Assembly: GCA_963598415.1 (NCBI GenBank)
Contig: CAVBUH010000047.1
Coordinates: forward strand, 140,024-204,023
DNA length: 64,000 bases
Source: Selenomonadaceae bacterium
GTDB taxonomy: Bacteria; Bacillota; Clostridia; Oscillospirales; CAG-272
Direction: 5' to 3'
The translations under genes were made by a program, and so were the position numbers. Below, piece by piece: positions 37,836 through 46,791 of this stretch. The notes beneath the pieces were generated by a model. The model saw only the letters and a program-made list of their open reading frames with translations, had not been told where the DNA came from and ran no database searches. Positions within the stretch are counted from its first letter, which is position 1. The number at the start of each line of letters is the position of its first letter.

Positions 37836-37938
37836 AAAGTGTTTTACAACTAAATCCCCTCCGTATATGCATATCTGTTTAGTAAAAAGAGCGATGTCCG
37901 TAGTTCAGACACCGCCCTTATAAATCTTATTGAATCGC

Positions 37939-38019
37939 CTGAAATTATGCGATTTTTTTAGTCTCTGCACCGTTTTCTGCACCGATAAGTGTAAAATTTG
38001 ATGTAAAGCTGTAAATTTT
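37939..38019 (+). repeat. direct repeat copy 1 (2x CTGCACCG plus 3x TGTAAA iterons)
   Basis: CTGAAATTATGCGATTTTTTTAGTCTCTGCACCGTTTTCTGCACCGATAAGTGTAAAATTTGATGTAAAGCTGTAAATTTT. It is highly similar to 43047..43125. Confidence 0.75.
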
Positions 38020-38070
38020 GAGTTTTTTCAAAATGAATAACTTACCGTTTTTCAGGCAAAACGGTACATA

Positions 38071-38556
38071 TTAATAGAGCTTTGCACCGGCAGGAATGTG
38101 GCCATCAACCATCAGCAGATGAAGCTTTTCTTCGCCGTTTTCTTCGTGAACGGCGGAAATCAGCATACCGCAGGAATCAATGCCCATCATCTTTCTCGGC
38201 GGGAGATTGGTGATAGCGATACAAGTCTTGCCAACCAGTTCTTCCGGCTCGTAATACTCGTGAATACCGCTCAAAATGGTGCGGTCTGTGCCTGTTCCGT
38301 CGTCAAGAGAAAACTGTAGCAGCTTCTTGGACTTCGGTACTGCAACACATTCTTTCACCTTAACTGCTCTGAAATCAGACTTTGAAAATGTATCAAAATC
38401 GACTTCTTCCTCGAATAACGGCTCGATTTTCACCTTGGAGAAATCAAGCTTTTCAACTGCTTTAGCAGTTTGCTCAGCTTTACCGTCATTTGCATATGTC
38501 TCTTCTGCTTTAGAGCTTACACCATTTCCGCTTTTTGCACCATCAAGGGGTTTCAT
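38071..38556 (-). CDS. tRNA-binding domain protein resembling the C-terminal domain of methionyl-tRNA synthetase (possibly a 3' gene fragment)
   Basis: 161 aa. A low-complexity linker-like N-terminus is followed by DFRAVKVKECVAVPKSKKLLQFSLDDGTGTDRTILSGIHEYYEPEELVGKTCIAITNLPPRKMMGIDSCGMLISA, an EMAP/CsaA/MetRS-C type OB fold. No SD precedes the ATG. Confidence 0.6.
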   Translation of the reverse strand: MKPLDGAKSGNGVSSKAEETYANDGKAEQTAKAVEKLDFSKVKIEPLFEEEVDFDTFSKSDFRAVKVKECVAVPKSKKLLQFSLDDGTGTDRTILSGIHEYYEPEELVGKTCIAITNLPPRKMMGIDSCGMLISAVHEENGEEKLHLLMVDGHIPAGAKLY

Positions 38557-38680
38557 TGTGGGGATTCGGACAGAAACCCGGAATTATCGGGAATTATCAA
38601 GCATTTACGGGCATTTCGCAATAATAAAACCACACAAATAAAGTCATATCGAGAATTATCAAGAATTCCGGTGTGCTTAT

Positions 38681-38711
38681 ATTGGTGTAACTTTTGGTGT
38701 AAGGTGTAAGC
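38681..38711 (+). repeat. third, partial copy of the GGTGTAA iteron block
   Basis: ATTGGTGTAACTTTTGGTGTAAGGTGTAAGC, compared with ATTGGTGTAAATTTGGTGTAAAGAGGTAAAT at 43093. Confidence 0.55.
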
Positions 38712-38817
38712 TTGATATACCTGATTGCCCAACAAAGAAGCACATCTTTCATACAAAAACCACACGGCGGGCGTGTGGTTGAGTTTAGTAAGAGATTTTT
38801 CAAAAAACGCGAAAGAT

Positions 38818-40632
38818 TTACTTTTTGACAAATGGCATTTCGGTCATTCTGAGCTTTGCACAGCCGTAGGGATAAAGTTCAACTGCTTCTGGGGCAGAGA
38901 GCGGCTCTGCCGATTCCGGAATTTTAGCGCATACGGTTTCGTAGCCGTCGGCTAAGCCCCAATTTATTTTGCAAACTTTTGCTTTGAGAATAATCGGCGG
39001 TTTGTTTTCGGAAAACGGATACTCGCCTATATCTCTGCGTTCCGCCTTAAATTCGTTTGCGGCAAAGGCATAATTAAAGCCGCTTTGCGGTATAAGCTCA
39101 TAATCGCAATAGGGAAATTTTCTTTCAACGCCGTCGCGCGTGTATTCGAGCTTATGCTTTTCGTATTTTATCGGCAGCGAAAATACAAGCGAGCCGTAAC
39201 GCACGGTGTGCAGGTTATAGGGGCGGTCCGTTAAAACGGGCCTTGCTTCAAAGGCTATTTCAATCAAAAGGTCACGGCAGGGCTTAATGTCAAATTTAAG
39301 CTCGTCCGCATTGCTCTTTTCGCCGTTTACTACGACATTTTCCGCAAATGACGGAATACGGATTTTAAATTCAAATTCGGTTTCGGAATTTACGGTATAT
39401 TTAAAACTGTTTTTAAAGGGGTATTCGGTTTCAAGCTTTATATTAAAGCTGTCCGTTTTAAGCTCGGACGGCACGGGAACGGCGTTTATTATCGTGTTGC
39501 CGCTGTGCATAAATGCCGACAGCGCAAATTTCGGCCAGCCCTGGTTAAAGTTTGCGGTACAGCAACCGAAATTAGGCTCCAAGCCGAATATATGCGATTC
39601 GCTGCCGTTTGTTCTGAAAACAGGCTTTCCGGGGAATATCTCACAGGCTATTTGATTGCTCTGCTGAACGTATTGGTGAGTCCACATATCCTCGCTTATT
39701 GTAGCGGGCAGTGCGTTGAAAGCCGCAAGCTCCAGTAATTCCGCCCACTTTTTATCGCCCGTGTAGGCATAGAGCCATTCATAGGAATACATAAGCTCCG
39801 TGACCGAACAAAGCTCCGTTCCCTGAATAGGACTTAACCCCGCAAGGCATTCGTCTCCCGTAAATGTCCCTACGGGCGTGCCGTTGTATTTTTTCAAAAT
39901 GTCATATAAAGCGCCGGCGTTATCGGTATAATCCGCTTTGAAAATGTCGGCTGTTAAAGCCTCCGCTTTAAGCGCCATTGCAATGTTTACGATATGAGTA
40001 TCAAATCTCCAGCGGTTAAGCGGAGTTTTCCAAAGCTCGGTAAGTTCGTTGTAATCGGTGCCCTGATTTTTTAAGATTTCCGCAAGCCCTAATAGCCAAT
40101 CCTCGCGGAAATGCTCATAAGTGAATTTAATGGCTATAAATGTTTCATACCACCTGAATTTACCCCAATCAAAAAGTTTAATCTCGCCGCTTTGCAGTAA
40201 TTCGTAATAGTTTTTAAGCACATTATATACAACATTCGGTATGCGTTCGTCCTTTGAGCACTCGTAATAAACAACCAATACCTTTGTGATAAGCTGTATA
40301 GCCCAGGTGTCGTATTCGTTTCGTTTGCCGTCTGGGCAAGGGCATATCCAACCGTCGGGTCTTTGAGCGGTAATAATTGCATCAATATATTTTTTTGAGC
40401 GGCGCTTCATATCTTCATTATCCAAAAGGAAGGCAAGCGGAATAAATCCGTCAAGCCAATAGGGAACCCGCTCCCAGCCCTCGCGTGTGCCGCCAATCCA
40501 CGCGCTGTCGGCAATATCGGGCCACATTTTATCCAAATTTCCGCTGAGACCCTCCGCCTGTATTTCAAGCTGACGTTTAAACCAACCGAAGGGTTTAATT
40601 TCATTTGTTGTATAAAAGTTATATTTCTGCAT
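38818..40632 (-). CDS. beta-L-arabinofuranosidase-like glycoside hydrolase (GH127/GH146-type)
   Basis: 604 aa. It has a GTELCS (E-x-C) motif and FGCCTANFNQGWPKF (a Cys-Cys motif), reminiscent of the Zn/Cys catalytic site of GH127. Confidence 0.55.
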   Translation of the reverse strand: MQKYNFYTTNEIKPFGWFKRQLEIQAEGLSGNLDKMWPDIADSAWIGGTREGWERVPYWLDGFIPLAFLLDNEDMKRRSKKYIDAIITAQRPDGWICPCPDGKRNEYDTWAIQLITKVLVVYYECSKDERIPNVVYNVLKNYYELLQSGEIKLFDWGKFRWYETFIAIKFTYEHFREDWLLGLAEILKNQGTDYNELTELWKTPLNRWRFDTHIVNIAMALKAEALTADIFKADYTDNAGALYDILKKYNGTPVGTFTGDECLAGLSPIQGTELCSVTELMYSYEWLYAYTGDKKWAELLELAAFNALPATISEDMWTHQYVQQSNQIACEIFPGKPVFRTNGSESHIFGLEPNFGCCTANFNQGWPKFALSAFMHSGNTIINAVPVPSELKTDSFNIKLETEYPFKNSFKYTVNSETEFEFKIRIPSFAENVVVNGEKSNADELKFDIKPCRDLLIEIAFEARPVLTDRPYNLHTVRYGSLVFSLPIKYEKHKLEYTRDGVERKFPYCDYELIPQSGFNYAFAANEFKAERRDIGEYPFSENKPPIILKAKVCKINWGLADGYETVCAKIPESAEPLSAPEAVELYPYGCAKLRMTEMPFVKK

Positions 40633-40719
40633 AATTTCAGCTCCTTTTGATATATTTTATCACATTGTTTTTTATTAAAACATAGCTAATATCACATAAT
40701 ACATTGACAATATCACACT

Positions 40720-41511
40720 ATGTGGTATATAATAAGAGCGGTGATGATTTTGCAGGGAATTGATTTGGAAAAGCCTATACGTTATCTTGCCGCCTCTCTG
40801 CGCTTTTTCAAAGAGGGGGAACATCATATAACGCGGTTTTGCGAAGATGATGTTTTGCTCCTTGTTTATGACGGCGTTTTGCGTTTTTCAGAAAACGGAG
40901 AGCAGTACGAGGTGTCGGCGGGGGAGTACTTCATTCAGCGGCGCGGAATGTATCAGGGCGGCGAAAGGGCAAGCGATAAGCCTAAATATCTTTATGTTCA
41001 TATGTTATCCGAGCATTGGGCGGAGGCGGGCAAAATTCTGCCGAGATGCGGCACGTTTGATTATTCGGTTCTCAAAGCGAATATTGAGGAAATGGACCGT
41101 TTTGCGCACGGTGACGCGCCGTATATTGCGAAAGCGGGCAAGCTTTACAATATTTTAAATTCTCTGTATTCCAAAAAGCCTGAAAAAACCTTGGCTACCG
41201 AAATATCCGATTATATTGCGAAAAACTGCTCCGAAAAAATAACCCTTGATGCGCTTTGCAAGGAATTTCATTTCAGCAAGAATCATATAATAAACATTTT
41301 CAAAAAAACCTACGGCATAACGCCGATAACATATCTGCAACAGCAGAGACTGCGAAAATCCGAGTATTTAACAGAAACAACCTCGGATACGCTTGAAAGC
41401 ATATCCGAGGCGAGCGGATTTAACAGCTATGCTTATTTTTATAAGCAATTTGTCCGTAAAAACGGTATTTCCCCCGAAAAATGGCGCGAGAATAAGCGAT
41501 TGATAGAGTAA
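40720..41511 (+). CDS. AraC family transcriptional regulator
   Basis: 263 aa. A cupin-like N-terminal domain is followed by a C-terminal double HTH (LDALCKEFHFSKNHIINIFKKTYGITPITYL...SGFNSYAYFYKQFVRKNGISP). It is divergent from the GH127-like gene. The start may be the ATG at 40744. Confidence 0.8.
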   Translation: MWYIIRAVMILQGIDLEKPIRYLAASLRFFKEGEHHITRFCEDDVLLLVYDGVLRFSENGEQYEVSAGEYFIQRRGMYQGGERASDKPKYLYVHMLSEHWAEAGKILPRCGTFDYSVLKANIEEMDRFAHGDAPYIAKAGKLYNILNSLYSKKPEKTLATEISDYIAKNCSEKITLDALCKEFHFSKNHIINIFKKTYGITPITYLQQQRLRKSEYLTETTSDTLESISEASGFNSYAYFYKQFVRKNGISPEKWRENKRLIE

Positions 41512-41751
41512 TGCGGAAAATTTATAATTTTGAACAACGGTATTTGTGTGCCGAGCGTGTCGATTTTCCGGCGCGCTCTTATTTTTATATTCGATTCCGG
41601 AATGATTTTAAATATGAAATATGTATCATGTAAAAAGTGATGCTTGTTTTTTATATGAAAAATCAAAAAATTCTATCTTTAATTGATTTGTGTATAATGA
41701 TAGAATAATACAGGAAACAATATAAAATTTAACAAAAAGAGAAAAAGGTGT

Positions 41752-42969
41752 ATGCGAATGTCCGGAATTAAACATATTAAACCACTGATGAGTGTGTTTC
41801 TGATGATTTTTATGACAGCGGCTGTTATTCTTGGCGGCAATTGTGTTTCTGCGGCGAGATATGCCGGAAGGGGAACAAAAAGCGATCCGTATCTTATTGA
41901 AACCGCAGAGCAATTGCAGGGAATGAACGATAATTTATCGGCACATTACAAGCTGAATAATACCATTGATTTATCGGGTTTGACATTTACTCCTATAGGG
42001 CATGAGGGAAATCCGTTTACCGGATCGTTTGTTTGTGATACAGACAGCGATGGCTTACCGAAATATGCAATTAAAAATTTATCTGTAACTATCATAGGTG
42101 TTGAAAAATACGCAAATTATGTTGAGGGAAAAAACAAATGGCAGTCGGCACTATTCGGTGCAACCGACAATGCAACTGTCACAAATATAGCATTGCTTAA
42201 TGTCAATATTAAAAACACAATTGAGGGAGAAAACTGGATGAATCCGGATTGGTCAATCAACCCCGGAATGGATGCCATGGCTACTGCTGCATTGATTGGA
42301 ATTGCCGAAAAAACGACAGTCACAGGATGTTTAGCTACCGGAACAATAGATTCACGTTCAAATCAAACAGCAGGACTTGTTGGAAGAGCCATAAAAAGTG
42401 TAATCTCAAAATGTTATACTTCTGTAACAATAAAGCAAACGGGACGTTGGGGTAACGGCGGATTTGTAGGATATTTACTTGACGGAAGCAAAGCAACAGA
42501 ATGTTTTTCGGAATCGGACTTTTTAAGCAGTGAATCGTCATCTGTCGGATTTGATGCCGGTAAGAATACTACAGGCGGCTTTATAGGCGGTTCGAGCGAT
42601 AATTCGGTAATTGAAAACTGCTATTCCACGGGAAAGGTAGGAGACAACGGTGAAAGCTTTATCGGTTCAGAAGGAAATCCGACGGTTAAAAATTGTTTTT
42701 CAACAGGAACCGTTGCAAATGCGACATCCGTTGTTGCGGGCAATAACAGCAATAACTGTTTTATTTTGAATAAAAGCGGATGCGTTCAGGATGATTTTAA
42801 GGCCGCAAGTATGTCAGAAATTAAAGCGGCATTTTCAAATAATAATGTTTGGAATGTTTCGGGTGAAATACCACAGTTGAAAAATGTTAAAAAAATCACC
42901 GATGTTTCGAAATATGTTCCGGTTGCGGGAGGACTCAGCGATATATTGAGAAAAACAGAATTGGTGTAG
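41752..42969 (+). CDS. secreted GLUG-motif repeat protein
   Basis: 405 aa. It has a signal peptide and repeated G-G-F-(V/I)-G ... (N/E)-C-(Y/F)-S units (GGFVGYLLDGSKATECFS, TGGFIGGSSDNSVIENCYSTGKV), typical of GLUG-domain surface proteins. Confidence 0.6.
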   Translation: MRMSGIKHIKPLMSVFLMIFMTAAVILGGNCVSAARYAGRGTKSDPYLIETAEQLQGMNDNLSAHYKLNNTIDLSGLTFTPIGHEGNPFTGSFVCDTDSDGLPKYAIKNLSVTIIGVEKYANYVEGKNKWQSALFGATDNATVTNIALLNVNIKNTIEGENWMNPDWSINPGMDAMATAALIGIAEKTTVTGCLATGTIDSRSNQTAGLVGRAIKSVISKCYTSVTIKQTGRWGNGGFVGYLLDGSKATECFSESDFLSSESSSVGFDAGKNTTGGFIGGSSDNSVIENCYSTGKVGDNGESFIGSEGNPTVKNCFSTGTVANATSVVAGNNSNNCFILNKSGCVQDDFKAASMSEIKAAFSNNNVWNVSGEIPQLKNVKKITDVSKYVPVAGGLSDILRKTELV

Positions 42970-43006
42970 TTTGCGATGTAGTCCGAAAACTATGAGAAAT
43001 GAAAGA

Positions 43007-43038
43007 AGCTCCTGAGAAGATGTAGCTTCTCAGGAGCT
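43007..43038 (-). terminator. terminator hairpin downstream of lysS (also faces the GLUG gene)
   Basis: AGCTCCTGAGAAG-(6 nt)-CTTCTCAGGAGCT. On the minus strand it is followed by the U-rich TCTTTCATTTCTC. Confidence 0.6.
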
Positions 43039-43046
43039 GTGTGAAA

Positions 43047-43125
43047 CTCAAAATTATGCGATTTTTTAGTCTCTGCACCGTTTTTAGCACCGATTGGTGT
43101 AAATTTGGTGTAAAGAGGTAAATTT
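43047..43125 (+). repeat. direct repeat copy 2
   Basis: CTCAAAATTATGCGATTTTTTAGTCTCTGCACCGTTTTTAGCACCGATTGGTGTAAATTTGGTGTAAAGAGGTAAATTT. It lies between the lysS stop codon and its terminator hairpin. Confidence 0.75.
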
Positions 43126-43171
43126 ATTCAGTTTGGAAAGTCCCGAAACCCGCATAAACACTGGCTTTTTC

Positions 43172-44671
43172 TTACTTGTCGTTCGGTAATGACTTCATTG
43201 TGGGGAACAGCAAAACGTCTCTTATTGACGCACTGTCGGTAAGCAGCATGACAAGTCTGTCAACACCGAACCCAAGTCCGCCCGTAGGAGGAAGCCCATA
43301 TTCAAGCGCCGTCACATAATCGTAATCAACCTCCGCGTTGCAGTTGGGCTCCTCAGCTTTCTTAATCCTCACCTGACGTTCAAAGCGTTCCTTTTGATCA
43401 ATAGGATCGTTAAGCTCACTGAAAGCGTTACCGAATTCCATACAGTTAATAAAATATTCAAACCTTTCGGTAAATTGAGGCTCGTCCGCTTTTCTCTTGG
43501 CAAGGGGACTGTTTTCCACGGGATAATCATAGATAAATGTCGGCTGAACCAGCTTGTCCTCAACATAAGCATCAAAAAATTCAGCAAGAACAGTGCCTTT
43601 AGAAGCATCGGCAGAAATCTCAATATGATGCGCCTTTGCATCGGCACGGGCCTCCTCGTCACTCTGCCAGCTATAGTAATCGACACCGGAGTATTTTTTA
43701 ACGGCTTCGGTCATAGAGAGACGCTCCCAATGACTCATATCAATTTCCGTCCCTTGATATGTTATCTTCATAGAACCGCAGATATTCAGTGTAAGACGCT
43801 TATAAAGCTCTTCTACAAGATCCATCATACCCTTGTAATCGGTATAGGCTTGGTAAAGCTCTATTGTAGTAAATTCAGGATTATGGCGGGGATCCATCCC
43901 CTCGTTTCTGAATATTCTTCCTACTTCATATACACGGTTCATGCCGCCGACGATAAGACGCTTCAGATACAGCTCCGTCTCGATTCTGAGGTACATATCC
44001 ATATCCAGCGTATTATGATGCGTTTTGAAGGGGCGCGCCGACGCACCGATTTCAAGAGGCACAAGAATAGGAGTATCAACCTCAAGAAAATCCTTTGAAT
44101 CAAGATACGCCCTTATCTCCGAGAGAATACGAGAACGCTTTATAAAGGTTTCCTTTACCTCAGGATTGACAATAAGGTCAACATATCTCTGTCTGTAACG
44201 CAAATCCGTATTGGTAAGTCCGTGAAATTTTTCGGGAAGCGGCAAAAGCGACTTTGAAAGTAGCTTAATCTTTTGAGCGTGTATAGAGATCTCTCCTGTT
44301 TTCGTTCTGAAAGCAAAGCCCTCAAGACCTATTATATCGCCAATATCCCACTTCTTGAAAGAAGCATACTCCTCATCTCCGACATCGTCGCGGCGAACGT
44401 AGCTCTGTATTCTTCCGTTGCCGTCATAAATATCGCAGAAAGATGCCTTGCCCATAATTCTGCGGCTCATGATTCTGCCGGCTATCGAGACGTTTTTCCC
44501 CTCGTATTCATCAAAGGCTTCTTTTATATCCGAGCTTTTGGCGGTTACGTCATATTTAGTATTTACAAACGGATCAAGTCCATTCGCTTTCAGGTCGGAG
44601 AGCTTATCGCGGCGAATCTTGAGTATTTCGGCAAGCTCCTGTTCTTCCGTATTCAGTATGTTATTATCCAT
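43172..44671 (-). CDS. lysS: lysine--tRNA ligase (class II)
   Basis: It has an OB anticodon-binding N-domain and class II motifs (RNEGMDPRHNPEFTTIELY, GGLGFGVDRLVMLL). I prefer the ATG at 44671, which has AGGGA 9 nt upstream. The ORF track starts at TTG 44677. Confidence 0.9.
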   Translation of the reverse strand: MDNNILNTEEQELAEILKIRRDKLSDLKANGLDPFVNTKYDVTAKSSDIKEAFDEYEGKNVSIAGRIMSRRIMGKASFCDIYDGNGRIQSYVRRDDVGDEEYASFKKWDIGDIIGLEGFAFRTKTGEISIHAQKIKLLSKSLLPLPEKFHGLTNTDLRYRQRYVDLIVNPEVKETFIKRSRILSEIRAYLDSKDFLEVDTPILVPLEIGASARPFKTHHNTLDMDMYLRIETELYLKRLIVGGMNRVYEVGRIFRNEGMDPRHNPEFTTIELYQAYTDYKGMMDLVEELYKRLTLNICGSMKITYQGTEIDMSHWERLSMTEAVKKYSGVDYYSWQSDEEARADAKAHHIEISADASKGTVLAEFFDAYVEDKLVQPTFIYDYPVENSPLAKRKADEPQFTERFEYFINCMEFGNAFSELNDPIDQKERFERQVRIKKAEEPNCNAEVDYDYVTALEYGLPPTGGLGFGVDRLVMLLTDSASIRDVLLFPTMKSLPNDK

Positions 44672-44685
44672 CGGCAATGATCCCT

Positions 44686-45159
44686 TTACTTTGATATTTC
44701 AAGTATACGAAGCTTTACAAGTCCGCCGGGAGTAGTCACACTCACGGTATCTCCAACCTTCGCCCCGATAATAGCGCTTCCGATAGGCGACTGATCGGAA
44801 ATTTTGTCAAGAAGCGGATCCGCCTCCGTTGAACCCACAAGGGTATAGGTGATCTCTTCTTCAAAATCTTCATCGTATACCTTAACTATATTTCCGACAT
44901 TAACAACATCTGTGCTGACCTCACTGTCGGAAATCACCTTGACATGCTTAAGGCTTTCCTCAAGCTCATTGATACGCGCTTCGGTCTTTGCCTGTTCATT
45001 TTTGGCTTCATCATATTCGCTATTTTCCGAAAGGTCTCCAAAGGACAGCGCAACCCTTATCGCTTCAACGACTTCTTTTCTTTTAGTTGTTTTCAGGTAT
45101 TCAAGTTCATCCTGAAGCTTTTTTAGACCTTCTTCGGTAACCACAATTTCTTTTGACAT
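44686..45159 (-). CDS. greA: transcription elongation factor GreA
   Basis: [23 protein letters not shown] start, then [13 protein letters not shown] and a C-terminal FKBP-like domain. I prefer the ATG at 45159, which has ACGGAGA upstream. Confidence 0.9.
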   Translation of the reverse strand: MSKEIVVTEEGLKKLQDELEYLKTTKRKEVVEAIRVALSFGDLSENSEYDEAKNEQAKTEARINELEESLKHVKVISDSEVSTDVVNVGNIVKVYDEDFEEEITYTLVGSTEADPLLDKISDQSPIGSAIIGAKVGDTVSVTTPGGLVKLRILEISK

Positions 45160-45268
45160 GATATTCTCCGTTTTCCGGCGGCGAAAGTAGTATTTATTTT
45201 GATATTGACTCGGATTGCAGAACAGCACCGCCGCTATCCGCTTCCTGAAACGGGTTCAACCCCGGTAT

Positions 45269-46480
45269 TTACTGATTGAGAGCCTTAACCGCCGCGATAA
45301 GCTGGTTATCATTCTCATCGGTCAGTTTGTAGAAATTTATACTTGAAGCCTCCTCGGAAAGCTCTATTTCAATATCAGGAGTTATCCCGATACCGTCATA
45401 GTTTTCTGAGTATGGAGGATTATATCTTCCCGTTGATATTTTAAAGGCAGAACCATCCTTCAGCGTAAAAAATCTCTGCAAAACGCCTTTCCCATAGGTG
45501 GTAGTTCCTACAAGAACCGCATCATAATCACCGTGTTCGGTATAATCCTTGAGCGCACAGGTAAAAAGCTCGGCAGCGCTTGCCGTCCGGCTGTTTGTCA
45601 GTACCGCAACCTTTGCGTCAAGAAAAGAAGCGTCGGATTTATAATGATCTTCCTCGCCCGTATTGTAATATATATGAGCAATCGGTCCTTCAGGCAGTAA
45701 ATAATCCAGCACTTCGACAATGCTGTTCAATTCTCCTCCGCCGTTATTACGAAGATCAAATACAAATTTCGTACATCCGGAAGACCGAAGTTCTTCAATC
45801 GCATTCTTAAATTGCTCCGGCGTTGTCGAATTAAATTCGGAAATTCTTATGAAACCGACATCTCCGCTCCCCCCGTAAACATGATATGTCACGCTGAGAG
45901 TCTTAACCTCACGTCTTTCACAGATAACGGTCGTTTCCTCGCTTCCTCTCCTAACTGACAGCTCGACCTGAGTACCCTTATCCCCCTTGATAAGATCAAG
46001 AGCGGCATAATAACCGATTTCCGATATGCGCTGTCCTTCCACCCCGGTAATAATATCTCCCTCAAGAAGTCCAGACTCTGCGGCTGGAGAATCGGGAAGA
46101 ATACTGATTATCTCTATGCTCTCGTTCCCTGTATCATATATAACATTGACTCCGATGCCCACTGCATTTCCGTTTTGTTCATTTTTAAACGCATCATACT
46201 CATCGCTTGTCATATACATTGAATAGTTATCCCCGATTCCTGAGAGATAACCTCTGATCACCGCAGCATTCAGCGCGTCATCGTCAATTTCTCCGATATA
46301 ATATTTTCTTACAATTTCATCAACACTGAGAAGCTTGTCAAAATAAGAATACCCGGAGAGTGTCTCATTCAGTTTTGTATTATACTTTTGCTCAAAAAAA
46401 AGAAAAGACGCATTGAAGGTAACGACAACCGCAATAATGGCAACAATAATCACCGCATAAAGAGGAATTTTCTTTGACAT
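45269..46480 (-). CDS. S41 family C-terminal processing peptidase with PDZ domain
   Basis: It has an N-terminal TM helix, a PDZ segment (ILPDSPAAESGLLEGDIITGVEG) and the catalytic region FDLRNNGGG ... TASAAELF ... TYGKG. I prefer the ATG at 46480. Confidence 0.8.
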   Translation of the reverse strand: MSKKIPLYAVIIVAIIAVVVTFNASFLFFEQKYNTKLNETLSGYSYFDKLLSVDEIVRKYYIGEIDDDALNAAVIRGYLSGIGDNYSMYMTSDEYDAFKNEQNGNAVGIGVNVIYDTGNESIEIISILPDSPAAESGLLEGDIITGVEGQRISEIGYYAALDLIKGDKGTQVELSVRRGSEETTVICERREVKTLSVTYHVYGGSGDVGFIRISEFNSTTPEQFKNAIEELRSSGCTKFVFDLRNNGGGELNSIVEVLDYLLPEGPIAHIYYNTGEEDHYKSDASFLDAKVAVLTNSRTASAAELFTCALKDYTEHGDYDAVLVGTTTYGKGVLQRFFTLKDGSAFKISTGRYNPPYSENYDGIGITPDIEIELSEEASSINFYKLTDENDNQLIAAVKALNQ

Positions 46481-46791
46481 TAAGCTAACCTTTCTTCCGA
46501 AACGAATATCATCGGATATATACTCCGGGGCTGCTGCATGAATGCAAACAGCCCCGCGACGTCTGTCCTGCCGCTGAAAACGATTAAAGCATATAGACCA
46601 TCGGCAAAAGCCGAACAAATCATCGTTAATTGTTTTCTAAAACAATTTAAATTTCCCCAAAAGCCGCTCTTACCATTCCATACGGAATTACGTCGGGAAA
46701 ATATCCGCTCATAATCAAGCGAATCCTTCTCAGCAAAGAGCGGATAACTGCCTTTTTATATTATTATCTTAAATCTTTCATTTAACGCCAA

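Noticed and set aside
40704-40744. A TTGACA-18-TATAAT promoter-like sequence overlaps the first ATG (40720) of the AraC ORF. It would imply a leaderless start at 40744.
   Set aside because: It is plausible but not supportable from sequence alone. I did not list it as a feature and only flagged the start-codon uncertainty.
37939-43125. I considered whether the repeat-bracketed block is an active prophage, ICE or transposon.
   Set aside because: It contains no integrase, transposase, relaxase, or phage structural or replication genes. Only direct repeats and metabolic or surface genes are present. I kept it as a finding about a possible integration scar, not as a mobile-element call.
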